NCBI GenBank assembly: GCA_964627605.1
Contig: CAZVGZ010000007.1
Coordinates: 8,362-72,361, forward strand
Direction of reading: 5' to 3'
DNA from: an uncultured bacterium
GTDB taxonomy: Bacteria; Latescibacterota; MWCZ01; CAZVGZ01
DNA: 64,000 nucleotides
Part shown: piece after piece, positions 1 to 8,789 of the stretch
How the letters are laid out: each line of letters begins with the position of its first letter
Numbering within the stretch: position 1 is the first letter of the stretch
The notes under the pieces: model-generated
What the model was told of the DNA's origin: nothing
The model's input: the letters and a program-made list of their open reading frames with translations, nothing else
Databases searched by the model: none
Translations under genes and position numbers: made by a program

Positions 1-1
1 C

Positions 2-1726
2 AGCGACGGACTACATCAGGCTCTTGAGGCCAAAGAGAACGTCAAAGTCGAGCACGACACCCAGACCACCGCAACGATAACTGTGCAGAACTACTTCCGT
101 ATGTACAACGGTCTGGCTGGAATGACAGGCACCGCCGAGACTGAATCGACTGAACTTTACCAGATATATAAGCTTGAGGTAGTGGTGATCCCCACCAACC
201 AACCCATCCGGCGACCTGACCTGGACGACATCATTTTCCGCACGCGTAAGGAGAAGATCGACGCGCTAATTGAGGAGGTCAAACAGCTTAACGAAGAGGG
301 GCTGCCGGTCTTGGTAGGGACGCGGACGGTGGATGTATCAGAGACTCTGAATAGAATGCTCACCCGTGCTGGGATAACCGGACACAAAGTGCTCAACGCA
401 CGCTACCACCAGCAGGAAGCCGAAATCATATCCAGAGCTGGGCAGCCAGGCGCGGTGACCATTGCGACGAACATGGCTGGTCGAGGTACAGACATCAAGA
501 TCCACCGTAGTTTGGTGAAGTGCGACGAATGCAAGGTCGGCTCAGGAATGTCAGGTAGCACGCCTACCAACACCGATGACGGTTGGACACTTTCTCACTG
601 TGAGGAGAATCTGCCCTGCGGGCTTCACATTTTGGGGTCTGAAAGGCACGATGCGAGGCGGATCGACAGGCAGCTAAGAGGGCGTGCTGGGCGCCAGGGC
701 GACCCTGGATCGTCTCAGTTCTTCCTCTCGCTTGAAGATGACCTGATGCGGTTATTCGGGTCTGAGCGGATCATTAAGATTATGGACCGTTTGGGGGCTA
801 AAGAGGGCGAGGTCATTACGTCGCCGATGGTCACAAGGGCCATCGACAAAGCCCAGAAGCGAGTGGAAACCAACAACTTCGAGATCCGCAAGCGGCTCCT
901 GGAGTTCGACGATGAGATGAACAAGCAGCGTGAGGTGATCTACGGTCGCCGTCGCCAGGCGCTTGAGTCTGACAACCTGGACGATGAGGTGAAACAGATC
1001 ATCGCGGACGTTGCTGCCGATCTGGTCGCTGAGTACACGCTGGGTGCTGAGGAGCCGATAGATTGGAACATTCCCGGCCTTACCGCCGACGTCAGAGGGA
1101 TATATCTGGCGGAGATAGGCTTCCCCGATGAAGAGATAGCCGATCTAACGCCGGATGATCTTGAGCAGTTGATTACCGAGCGGGTAGTCAAAATCTTCGA
1201 ACAGCGTCGGCACGCTTTCGGTGAAGAATCGTTCGACTATCTTGAGAGGGTAGCTGTCCTTTCGACCATTGATGACAAGTGGCGCGAACATCTGTATGAG
1301 ATCGACCTGATGCGCGAGGGCATATACCTTCGGGCGTATGGCCAGAAAGACCCGGTCACCGAGTTCAAACGCGAAGCCTACTCAATGTTTGAGGAGATGA
1401 TCGGCGATATAGACCGCGACACGCTTCGCGTCATTTTCAGGGCTCAACCAGTGGACGAGAGGGAGGTCCAAGCGCGCCAAGCGGTGGTTGATCAGATGCG
1501 GGCAAGCCACGATGAGATAGCACCGAGCGCTGCTGGCGAGGGTGGCAAACCAGGTGCCCGCCCGGCTGCCCAAGGTTCTGGCCCTCCCAAGCGCCAGCCG
1601 GTCAAAGTCGCTGACAGACCGGGCCGCAACTCGCCCTGCCCATGCGGCAGCGGCAAAAAATACAAACAGTGCCACGGCAAGCCCGGCGCACCGGCGCTCC
1701 CTGGCCAGATGGCTGACGCAAAATAG
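2..1726 (+). CDS. secA: Preprotein translocase ATPase SecA, C-terminal ~575 aa (5' end lies outside window)
   Basis: Frame is open from the window edge (SDGLHQALEAKENVKVEHD...). SecA motifs LAGMTGTAETE, TIATNMAGRGTDI and RIDRQLRGRAGRQGDPGSS are present. The C-terminal zinc finger is CPCGSGKKYKQCHGK, and the stop is TAG at 1724-1726. Confidence 0.95.
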   Translation, partial: SDGLHQALEAKENVKVEHDTQTTATITVQNYFRMYNGLAGMTGTAETESTELYQIYKLEVVVIPTNQPIRRPDLDDIIFRTRKEKIDALIEEVKQLNEEGLPVLVGTRTVDVSETLNRMLTRAGITGHKVLNARYHQQEAEIISRAGQPGAVTIATNMAGRGTDIKIHRSLVKCDECKVGSGMSGSTPTNTDDGWTLSHCEENLPCGLHILGSERHDARRIDRQLRGRAGRQGDPGSSQFFLSLEDDLMRLFGSERIIKIMDRLGAKEGEVITSPMVTRAIDKAQKRVETNNFEIRKRLLEFDDEMNKQREVIYGRRRQALESDNLDDEVKQIIADVAADLVAEYTLGAEEPIDWNIPGLTADVRGIYLAEIGFPDEEIADLTPDDLEQLITERVVKIFEQRRHAFGEESFDYLERVAVLSTIDDKWREHLYEIDLMREGIYLRAYGQKDPVTEFKREAYSMFEEMIGDIDRDTLRVIFRAQPVDEREVQARQAVVDQMRASHDEIAPSAAGEGGKPGARPAAQGSGPPKRQPVKVADRPGRNSPCPCGSGKKYKQCHGKPGAPALPGQMADAK

Positions 1727-1754
1727 GGCAAGTGACCGCCCTGGGAGAAGCGCG

Positions 1755-1913
1755 ATGATCAAATCGCTCCTCATAGTTGCCGGAGTGTATCTCATCGTCA
1801 CGAAAATTCGATCAGTTCTGTCAGATAGAGTCAAGACGCGCAGCCAACAAAATGAGCAGCCGCCGATCGACAGAACCGACATCGAAGACGCCGAGTTTAC
1901 CGAAAAATCGTGA
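1755..1913 (+). CDS. Small hypothetical membrane protein (52 aa, one predicted TM helix)
   Basis: ATG at 1755 is preceded by GGGAGAAG. The N-terminus is hydrophobic (IKSLLIVAGVYLIVTKI). The ORF sits in the secA-holA gap and no homolog is recognised. Confidence 0.3.
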   Translation: MIKSLLIVAGVYLIVTKIRSVLSDRVKTRSQQNEQPPIDRTDIEDAEFTEKS

Positions 1914-1955
1914 CGGCATTACAATCCGTCCATCAGGATTACGACTCCGTCTCCA

Positions 1956-2999
1956 ATGCCACCTAGAACTTCCGACAAAGACTCGATTGATCTGCCTGCA
2001 TTCGAGAGGATGCTTCTGAACGAGGAGATTCCTTCCTCGTGCATCTTCCTAGGAGACAACGAGTTTGACAAGGGCGAAGCGCTTGACGCGGCGATTGAGC
2101 GGTGCGTCGAACCAGCGACACGGGCGTTCAATTTTGATGCGTTCCATGGCGATGAGGCAACGGCTGAGTCGGTCGCCAATGCGGTTATGGGCGCTCCCAT
2201 GATGTCGACTACCCGCACGGTTTTGATGAGGGCTGTCGATAAGGCCAGCAATGGGGTCCTAACCGCTCTTTCCGACGCTCCACCATCGACACGACTCATA
2301 CTCACCGCCACCAAGCTCGATGGTCGGCGTCCAAAGCATCGGGACCTGCGAGAAAAAAGCTGCGTCGTCCAGTGTGATGTGCCCTACGAAAACAATCTGC
2401 CCACATGGGTGCGCCGCCGGGCTGACAAGGCGGGCAAGAAGATAGACGGCCGTGCTGCAGCCCTTCTGGTAGAATGCGTCGGACGGGATGTTGGGCGGTT
2501 GGCAGACGAGATAGCCAAGCTCGACCTGTTTGTGGGCGCGGTGCCAGAGATAACCGTGGAAGACGTGGAGAAAGTGGTTGGGATTACGCGAGAGGACACG
2601 GTGTTTGCACTGATGGATGCCCTCGGCGAGGGTCACACCGCTGAGGCCGTGGCGGTTGTAGGCCGCATGGTCGATGCAGGTAGTTCTGCGATCTATTTGG
2701 TCGGTCGCATTGTAAACTATATGAATACACTTCTTGACGCCGCTGATCGGCTGCGACTCAAAGGTGTTGCAGGTTTGGAGGAGTCTCTTGGTCGCTCACG
2801 AGTTTTTTTGGTCAAGAAGTACCGCAGACAGGTCAAGGCTTTGGGGATGCTGAGAATCCGGCGTGGATTGGGACTAGCGCTTGCGGCGGAGAGCAACCTG
2901 AAGAGAGGGCTGGGTGATCCATCGGTAACGCTCGACGCCTTGATTGTGGCGCTTGCGGCCTCAGTAGAACCCTTGGCAGCCGTGAAATCTCAACTGTAG
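1956..2999 (+). CDS. holA: DNA polymerase III delta subunit-like protein
   Basis: About 347 aa. The N-terminal IFLGDNEF...GEALDAAI segment and the central VGRDVGRLADEIAKLDLFVG...ITVEDVEKVV segment fit the HolA pattern LxxExxKL plus an I/V-T-xEDV stretch. The C-terminus is helical. An alternative start at 2010 is possible. Confidence 0.7.
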   Translation: MPPRTSDKDSIDLPAFERMLLNEEIPSSCIFLGDNEFDKGEALDAAIERCVEPATRAFNFDAFHGDEATAESVANAVMGAPMMSTTRTVLMRAVDKASNGVLTALSDAPPSTRLILTATKLDGRRPKHRDLREKSCVVQCDVPYENNLPTWVRRRADKAGKKIDGRAAALLVECVGRDVGRLADEIAKLDLFVGAVPEITVEDVEKVVGITREDTVFALMDALGEGHTAEAVAVVGRMVDAGSSAIYLVGRIVNYMNTLLDAADRLRLKGVAGLEESLGRSRVFLVKKYRRQVKALGMLRIRRGLGLALAAESNLKRGLGDPSVTLDALIVALAASVEPLAAVKSQL

Positions 3000-3062
3000 A
3001 CTTTACTGCTTCGTTTACCCCTAGAAAAGCAGCGTAAAGTCGAGGAAAGGAAACCCTAAAAA

Positions 3063-3386
3063 ATGTCAGAACCAGTTCATGTAACCGATGACATATTTGA
3101 GAGCGAAGTGCTGGAGAGTGCGACGCCTGTATTGGTCGATTTCTGGGCGGAATGGTGCGGCCCGTGCAAAGCGATCGCTCCGCTTGTCGAAGAGCTAGCA
3201 ACCGAGTTTGACGGTAAGCTCAAAGTGGCCAAAGTTGATGTTGATGCCGCCCAGAAGTACGCCCAACAGTATGGCGTTCGGAGCATCCCCACTCTAATAA
3301 TTTTCAAGGACGGCAAGCCGGTTGACCAGATCATAGGTGCCGTCCCCAAGAACCAGTTGACCACCAAGATTCAGGCGCACCTTTAG
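3063..3386 (+). CDS. trxA: Thioredoxin
   Basis: 107 aa with the WAEWCGPCK active site and a thioredoxin fold pattern. An RBS (AGGAAAGG) lies upstream. Confidence 0.95.
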   Translation: MSEPVHVTDDIFESEVLESATPVLVDFWAEWCGPCKAIAPLVEELATEFDGKLKVAKVDVDAAQKYAQQYGVRSIPTLIIFKDGKPVDQIIGAVPKNQLTTKIQAHL

Positions 3387-3394
3387 ACACACCT

Positions 3395-3467
3395 GCCAAC
3401 GTAGCTCAGCTGGTAGAGCAGCTCACTCGTAATGAGCAGGTCAGCGGTTCAAGTCCGCTCGTTGGCT
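3395..3467 (+). tRNA. tRNA-Thr (anticodon CGU); CCA not encoded
   Basis: Cloverleaf read by eye. Acceptor GCCAACG pairs with CGTTGGC. D-arm is GCTC/GAGC. Anticodon stem GCTCA/TGAGC carries loop CTCGTAA (U33, CGT, A37). T-arm is AGCGG/CCGCT with loop TTCAAGT. Discriminator is T. Confidence 0.85.
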
Positions 3468-3474
3468 TCCAAAT

Positions 3475-3517
3475 AAAGGCCTTGAAACTCTTTTGTTTCA
3501 AGGCCTTTATCATTTTG
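3475..3517 (+). terminator. Rho-independent terminator after tRNA-Thr
   Basis: Perfect 13-14 bp stem AAAGGCCTTGAAAC / GTTTCAAGGCCTTT with loop TCTTTTG, followed by a T-rich tract (ATCATTTTG). Confidence 0.7.
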
Positions 3518-3924
3518 AGTGCTCCACAGATTTTGACATTTCCTCTGATGTAATATTGCCCCATGGCACACTGACGGCACACCTGACCACAATAGATAGC
3601 CACAACCTGTGACACTCTACGGCCAATATGTGAGGTCTTTCCCATCGGTCAATCCTCCGATAACGCTTGCCCAGCAACGACATCCAACTATCACACGTAG
3701 CGCAAACCTGTCCACCTCTGTGCCATACCAATACAGCACCATCCCTATCATCCTGTATATAACGAAGTTCCGACTGTAATACAGATCATTTCTTGAAAAC
3801 CGCTGGTCGCCTTGCCTTCCTCGTCTTCACGTCGGACCGTTGCCTGACACGCTCTATCCTTCGGCAAATCACGGGATGATTGGGTTTGGTGTCGATATGT
3901 TGGCGGGTTCAGAACAACACCTTG

Positions 3925-4404
3925 TCAACGGCGTCTTGCAGTGAGGTTGGCACGACATGAGCAGGATGTTGGGGCGATCGTTAGTAATCTTGCGTTGGGC
4001 TCCTTGCGATGTCGGCTGTTGTGATGCAACCCAAAAAAATGGGAATAGACAGCTTTGAAAAGCAACCTGTCGAAGAACTCCGGGTTTGGCTGATCGAGAT
4101 CGTAGACCGGCTGCCCGTCCAGTGCGGTGCCAGGGCCGACCCATCTGTAGGGTGCGATGAAATCGGGGGATTCAGGTTTGCAGGTCGAGTAGGAGTTTAC
4201 TGTGCTTTGGAGTTCTCTAAAAAGTGTGAAAAGGCGTGTGAGCGTAATCTTTTTTTCAGCGGCATCGGCTAGATATCGCTCGAAACAAAACGGGCGATTA
4301 ATAACCGCGCCATAGTGTTCTGTCGCCGTGAGTAGAGCTAACGGATGGCCCCTGAATTCCAACATTTTGGGGTTTTCGGGATGGATTCGTATCGGCGCAG
4401 ACAT
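3925..4404 (-). pseudogene. N-terminal fragment (~120 aa of homology) of a DUF4038/GH5-like glycoside hydrolase; truncated
   Basis: IHPENPKMLEFRGHPLALLTATEHYGAVINRPF...DLDQPNPEFFDRLL matches the conserved N-terminus of DUF4038/GH5-like hydrolases. The ORF then runs into non-homologous low-complexity sequence and stops. No continuation is found in other frames. About 400 bp of non-coding DNA follows toward the tRNA. Confidence 0.4.
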
Positions 4405-4527
4405 TGAATTATCTCCAAAAGTTTCTGGATAGGCGGATGCTTATTTTCAGCAATGTGATCCATACCGCAGCGGCGGCCCGGCTTCGTCACGCCGCAAAAA
4501 ACGCATCGAACGCTGTCGTGGTGTCAT

Positions 4528-5580
4528 CTACAACGAGATCGTCCGACCGCTGCGCACCGACTCGTAGGCCGCATCCAACACGCGCATTACGTACAACCCG
4601 TCATCCTCAGAGATCATCGGGTCTCCCTCCCCGCAGACAGCGCTAGTTAGAAACTGGCGCACGAAATCACCGATCCAGGCTACGTTGGCAGCGGCCTGCT
4701 CATCATAGGTCTGCTCGCTCTCCTCTCCACCTTTTCCGTCGAGCTGAACGGACACAGTCGGGCTTGGACCTGCTGGCGACCAGCGGACCGCACCGTGCTC
4801 AGCCTCGATACCTATGTATATGTCTTTGGCACCGTCTGGCAGAATCCAACCTGTGCGGATGGTTCCTATAGCGCCGCCCTCGGTTAGCATTGTGAGGTGG
4901 GCGTTCTCTTCCACATCACGCACTTCATTGGTGTACCGCGCAATCATCGCTGATATCTGCGCCGCCGGGCCGAACAGGTCGTGCGCCAGATCGATCCAGT
5001 GCACCCCCAACCACGCGAGAATGCCACCGCCGCTTCTGCTGTGATCCCGAAGCCACGTCCAGTTTTTCGGAGACTCGGTCGGCTCTGACGGGCGATGCGC
5101 CAGGCGTGTGGCGTTAAACCGCATCTCAAACGCCCGTGTTGGTCCTAGCTCTCCTCTAAGCGCTCTTCTCACGTCGTGGACAGCCGGGTTGTTTCGCCAG
5201 GGGTAGCAGACACTTAGGCGACGTTTGTGCTTGCCAGCGCTTGCGATCATCTCCTCAAAACGGTTGGCATCCAACGCCGCTGATTTTTCGCACAGTACAT
5301 GCGCACCTGAGCCGCACAGCCGCTCCGTAAAATGGGGTTTTTGATCGTGGGGTACCAGAAGGATCGCCGCATCCAGTTTTTCGTGCTTGAGCATCTCCTC
5401 AAGATCGACATAGCGCGGCCCCAGACGAGGGTGCTCCTCGTGGTGCGCCATCTCATCGATGGACTCGGCGAAGAGCGGCACATGGTCTACCAGGTCGTCG
5501 AACGATCGTAAAAGGTTGACATAGAGGTGGTTGTGGGGATCGCCTGCGCCGACGACGGCCACATTCATTCGATCTGACAT
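4528..5580 (-). CDS. Gfo/Idh/MocA family NAD(P)-dependent oxidoreductase
   Basis: The start is ATG at 5580 (MSDRMNVAVVGAGD...), giving a Rossmann N-terminus. The EKP-like motif CEKSAALD and the C-terminal alpha/beta domain are present. The longer ORF reaching 5799 is an upstream in-frame extension without homology. Confidence 0.85.
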   Translation of the reverse strand: MSDRMNVAVVGAGDPHNHLYVNLLRSFDDLVDHVPLFAESIDEMAHHEEHPRLGPRYVDLEEMLKHEKLDAAILLVPHDQKPHFTERLCGSGAHVLCEKSAALDANRFEEMIASAGKHKRRLSVCYPWRNNPAVHDVRRALRGELGPTRAFEMRFNATRLAHRPSEPTESPKNWTWLRDHSRSGGGILAWLGVHWIDLAHDLFGPAAQISAMIARYTNEVRDVEENAHLTMLTEGGAIGTIRTGWILPDGAKDIYIGIEAEHGAVRWSPAGPSPTVSVQLDGKGGEESEQTYDEQAAANVAWIGDFVRQFLTSAVCGEGDPMISEDDGLYVMRVLDAAYESVRSGRTISL

Positions 5581-5609
5581 TTTTTCTCTCTCGGTCTGAT
5601 GGTCTGTTG

Positions 5610-5930
5610 TCAGTCGCGTTGGGGCATGTGAAATCGCCCGCGCTCGTCGTCTGGTATTTTGACGAGTGTCTGTACAGGCCAGTGTTTGGTGTCCAAAAGC
5701 GCCCCTCGAATCATCCAAACCTGTCTTAGACGTGCGTTGCCGTGGTTTATCACCCTGATACAGTTGCCTGCCACCGACTCGAATGTTTTGTGGTGCCAAT
5801 GGGGCGGCTTCTGATGAAAAGCGTCGTCGTCAAGTGCTTTTATCATATCTATGCAGATCGCGAAAACCTCGTCCGCTGCACCAGGCAGCACGCTGAAATC
5901 AGAGCCAGGTTGACGATGACTCAATGGCAC
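5610..5930 (-). CDS. Hypothetical protein (about 78-106 aa)
   Basis: ORF sits immediately upstream of, and is co-oriented with, the Gfo/Idh/MocA gene. No recognisable domain. Start is uncertain (M at 5930 or 5846). Confidence 0.25.
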   Translation of the reverse strand: MPLSHRQPGSDFSVLPGAADEVFAICIDMIKALDDDAFHQKPPHWHHKTFESVAGNCIRVINHGNARLRQVWMIRGALLDTKHWPVQTLVKIPDDERGRFHMPQRD

Positions 5931-5960
5931 CCCTGCGGCGAGGGTTAGGTGCGAGCAATG

Positions 5961-6497
5961 TCACGATATGGGTAGAACAGGGTAGTCCGTGTAATCAAGC
6001 TGCCTGAGTCTAAACATCATTTTGGCGCGATGGTGGTGTTCGTGTCCAATCATGTCAAGCACATGGACTCGACCGGGTTTTTCTTCTGATATTCCAGCGT
6101 GTTCGATTGTATAGATGGTTCCCATCGGTTCGCTGAGCCCTGATTCCAAGAATGACCACACCCGTCTGCTGGAATCTTTGATTACCTGCGGGAACATTTC
6201 GAGTTCTGGATCAAAGCCAGGTGTGTATGGCAGCCCATCGCCCATGACCGAGGACATCTACCAGTTGATCGCGTCGAGGATGTAGGAGAAATGGGTGCGT
6301 ATCGACCACTCGTGACCGTCTGGTGTCTGTGAGAACAGCAGAGAGGGAACGCGGCCAAACAGGTCGCAAGTGTCATTACCTGTCTGCGTGAAGTGATCCA
6401 AAATCACCCTGTCAATGTCATGTATCGCTTGTTTCCCCAGACGCATTGCCACGGTCAGATCATGAACAGACAAGACCGTCGTTTCGTGCGGCGTCAA
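5961..6497 (-). pseudogene. Metallophosphoesterase (calcineurin-like/ApaH-type) interrupted by an in-frame TAG
   Basis: ORFs 6258..6497 and 5961..6257 are the same frame, separated only by TAG at 6258-6260 (...ILDAINW*MSSVMGDG...). The joined product carries phosphoesterase-like motifs (GNDTCDLFGRVP, IEHAGI, DMIGHEHHH). Confidence 0.5.
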
Positions 6498-6521
6498 ACG
6501 GCCCTGTCTATCAAACCGACC

Positions 6522-7481
6522 CTAGTAGCCCCGCTCAAAGTCCACCACGCCATCTAGCTGCTCGCCTGCGATAAATCTTCGGTAGTTGGCGGCGAAGACC
6601 GGCATCACGGTGTCTGGATAGCTGCGCAGACCTGCGTTGTGGGAGGTGACGATGACGTTGGGCATGTCCCAGAGCGGATTGTCATCGGGCAGCGGTTCTT
6701 TCTCGAAAACATCCAACACCGCAGAGACTTCTGGCCTGTTTGCCAGAAACTGAGTCAACTCAGCCTGATGCACCGTCTTGCCTCGACCCATACTGAGGAA
6801 GATCGCGCCGTCTTTGAGCCTGTCCAGGTGGCTCCCCCTCAGTAGCTGGCGGGAATCTTTGGTGTAGGGAACGACCATCACCAGATCGTCGATGCTGTCC
6901 ATGAAATCATCAATCTGGTCTACAGTGAACACCCGGTCCGCGTGTTTGGGCAGATGATTTTTTGAGGTGCGGACACAGGCGTGAACGTTCATGTCGTACG
7001 CCTTCGCTTTCCTGCCTACCTCCTGGCCGATGCTGCCGTAACCAAGAACACCCAGTGTGCGGCCCAAGCCTCCGATCCGTCCCTCGCCGTGCCGCGCCAT
7101 CCAGACGTGCTCTCGCTGCCACTGGTACACCTGGTTGGATTTGCGGCGGATGATCCCGAAATGGATCATCGCGTATTCAGCCATCTGCGGCCCGAAAACA
7201 CCTTTTGGCTGGGTGATCGTAAATGGGTAGGGATCAGTACGATCCCAGGTAAGCGCTTCGACACCAACATAGAGCGTCATCGCCCAACTGATGTGAGGCG
7301 CTGCGTGTTCGAGATTCTTGACGGTGCCAGGACCTGTAAGAACGATGTCGGCTTTGGGCAGCAGGTCCGCTGCTTCTTCGATGTTGGTGGCCGCAAGAAC
7401 GGTGAGATCGGGAAGACCCATCTCATAGGCTATAGGTGGGTAGCCATGTGCCAGGTCATCTATTACAACTGCGGTGTGCAT
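6522..7481 (-). CDS. D-isomer-specific 2-hydroxyacid dehydrogenase family protein
   Basis: NAD-binding GVLGYGSIGQEVGRKAKAYDMNV, a catalytic-domain HNAG motif, and the RGxxxD pattern. The likely start is ATG at 7481 (MHTAVVIDD). The ORF extends to 7538. Confidence 0.85.
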   Translation of the reverse strand: MHTAVVIDDLAHGYPPIAYEMGLPDLTVLAATNIEEAADLLPKADIVLTGPGTVKNLEHAAPHISWAMTLYVGVEALTWDRTDPYPFTITQPKGVFGPQMAEYAMIHFGIIRRKSNQVYQWQREHVWMARHGEGRIGGLGRTLGVLGYGSIGQEVGRKAKAYDMNVHACVRTSKNHLPKHADRVFTVDQIDDFMDSIDDLVMVVPYTKDSRQLLRGSHLDRLKDGAIFLSMGRGKTVHQAELTQFLANRPEVSAVLDVFEKEPLPDDNPLWDMPNVIVTSHNAGLRSYPDTVMPVFAANYRRFIAGEQLDGVVDFERGY

Positions 7482-7512
7482 TTTATTCGTATCCTCGTTT
7501 TTGCGGCAAATG

Positions 7513-8595
7513 TCACTCAGCGGGCAACCACTTATCAAGCGGATGGTGCCTCTCGGTCATTGGTAGTGTCATCCGGGCGGATGTGAGCTGGGACTGGTAG
7601 GCGGCAGCAATAATCTCCACAGCGGCGCGACCGTGCTCGCCTGACGATGCAGGGGGGCGGCCAGTGTCGATGGCATCCAGGACATCGAGCATCATCAGCT
7701 CCACCGGATAGCGTCGGCGCGCCAACGCCTCCTTTTCGCGGGTACCGCAAGGTACCGGCAGCGACTCCCAAGCGCCCTCATCGCCATTTCCAGTGTACCA
7801 GCCTGGATCGGCGCAGTACATCAGCTCAGTCTGGGTGCCCCTTAGCGCCAGGGAGCCTTTTAACCCCACTACCTCCCAACCAAACGCCCCAAACCCATCG
7901 TACATCTCTGCTGTGCCGTCAGCGCCGCTGGAGAACCACATCGACATCTGAATGTCAGTACCCGCCCCGACACCGGTGCCCAATATGTCGCGTTCGACGT
8001 GTTTTGGGGCTATCTCTTCCTTGTTGTGGGTCAGGTGGGCGTGGACCCACTCTACATCACCCATCAGAAGACGCATTGAATCGAAAAGATGGGACCCTAT
8101 GTTTTGAAGATTGTATGCTGCGGGGTAGGATTTGCTGTAACCGTGTATCGCTCGAATATCGCCCACCAGTCCGTGCTCCAATAGCATTTTGGCGTGGCGG
8201 TGGTACGGTTCTGTCCTGCGCTGGGTGTTTACCGCGAGAATGACACGGTTGTCTTCGGCGGCTTTTATCATTGAGTCGCATTCGACCAACGTCGGTGCCA
8301 AAGACTTCTCGCAGAGGACGTGTACGCCTCGCTTGAGCGCTTCGATTGTAGGTTTGGCATGATCTATCGGGCGTGTGGCGACAGCGACTATCTCAGGATT
8401 AGAGCTGTCGATCATTTCGCCCACGTCTGTGTACACCGCTTCGATTTCAAACTCTTTGGCGAAAGATGCGGCTCGTTCGGCATCAATGTCGCAGACGGCC
8501 ACCAGATCGGTTTCGGGCATCAGGACGTAGTCTTGGGCGTGATGGTGGGCCATGCCCCCACATCCGACGATGGCGACGCGACGAGAAGATGACAT
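7513..8595 (-). CDS. Gfo/Idh/MocA family oxidoreductase
   Basis: Start is ATG at 8595 (MSSSRRVAIVGCGGMAHHH). The CEKSLAP motif is present. The product is about 360 aa. The ORF upstream extension to 8775 is non-homologous. Confidence 0.85.
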   Translation of the reverse strand: MSSSRRVAIVGCGGMAHHHAQDYVLMPETDLVAVCDIDAERAASFAKEFEIEAVYTDVGEMIDSSNPEIVAVATRPIDHAKPTIEALKRGVHVLCEKSLAPTLVECDSMIKAAEDNRVILAVNTQRRTEPYHRHAKMLLEHGLVGDIRAIHGYSKSYPAAYNLQNIGSHLFDSMRLLMGDVEWVHAHLTHNKEEIAPKHVERDILGTGVGAGTDIQMSMWFSSGADGTAEMYDGFGAFGWEVVGLKGSLALRGTQTELMYCADPGWYTGNGDEGAWESLPVPCGTREKEALARRRYPVELMMLDVLDAIDTGRPPASSGEHGRAAVEIIAAAYQSQLTSARMTLPMTERHHPLDKWLPAE

Positions 8596-8789
8596 CTGAA
8601 GTCCTTCCGGGTGTAGAGCTAATGGATGGGTTTCTACTGAACACGAACGGCCCTGCCGTTGACACGCCGAGCGACGTATGAGAAATTGAGGCCGCCAGCC
8701 CCATGTGTCAACGCAACTCGCGGTGCGGTGGTATTGCGGAGGCCTGCGACAACGTCTCTTTTCACCCCTCGACAATGGATCGGTTCTAA

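Noticed and set aside
1382-1882. 166-aa minus-strand ORF overlapping the secA 3' end
   Set aside because: It is antisense to well-supported secA. It has no homology and a Cys/Arg-rich composition.
5580-5799. N-terminal extension of the Gfo/Idh/MocA ORF (73 aa)
   Set aside because: It precedes the Rossmann-fold start MSDRMNVAVVGAG. Arg/Thr-rich non-homologous sequence. An internal ATG at 5580 fits the family N-terminus.
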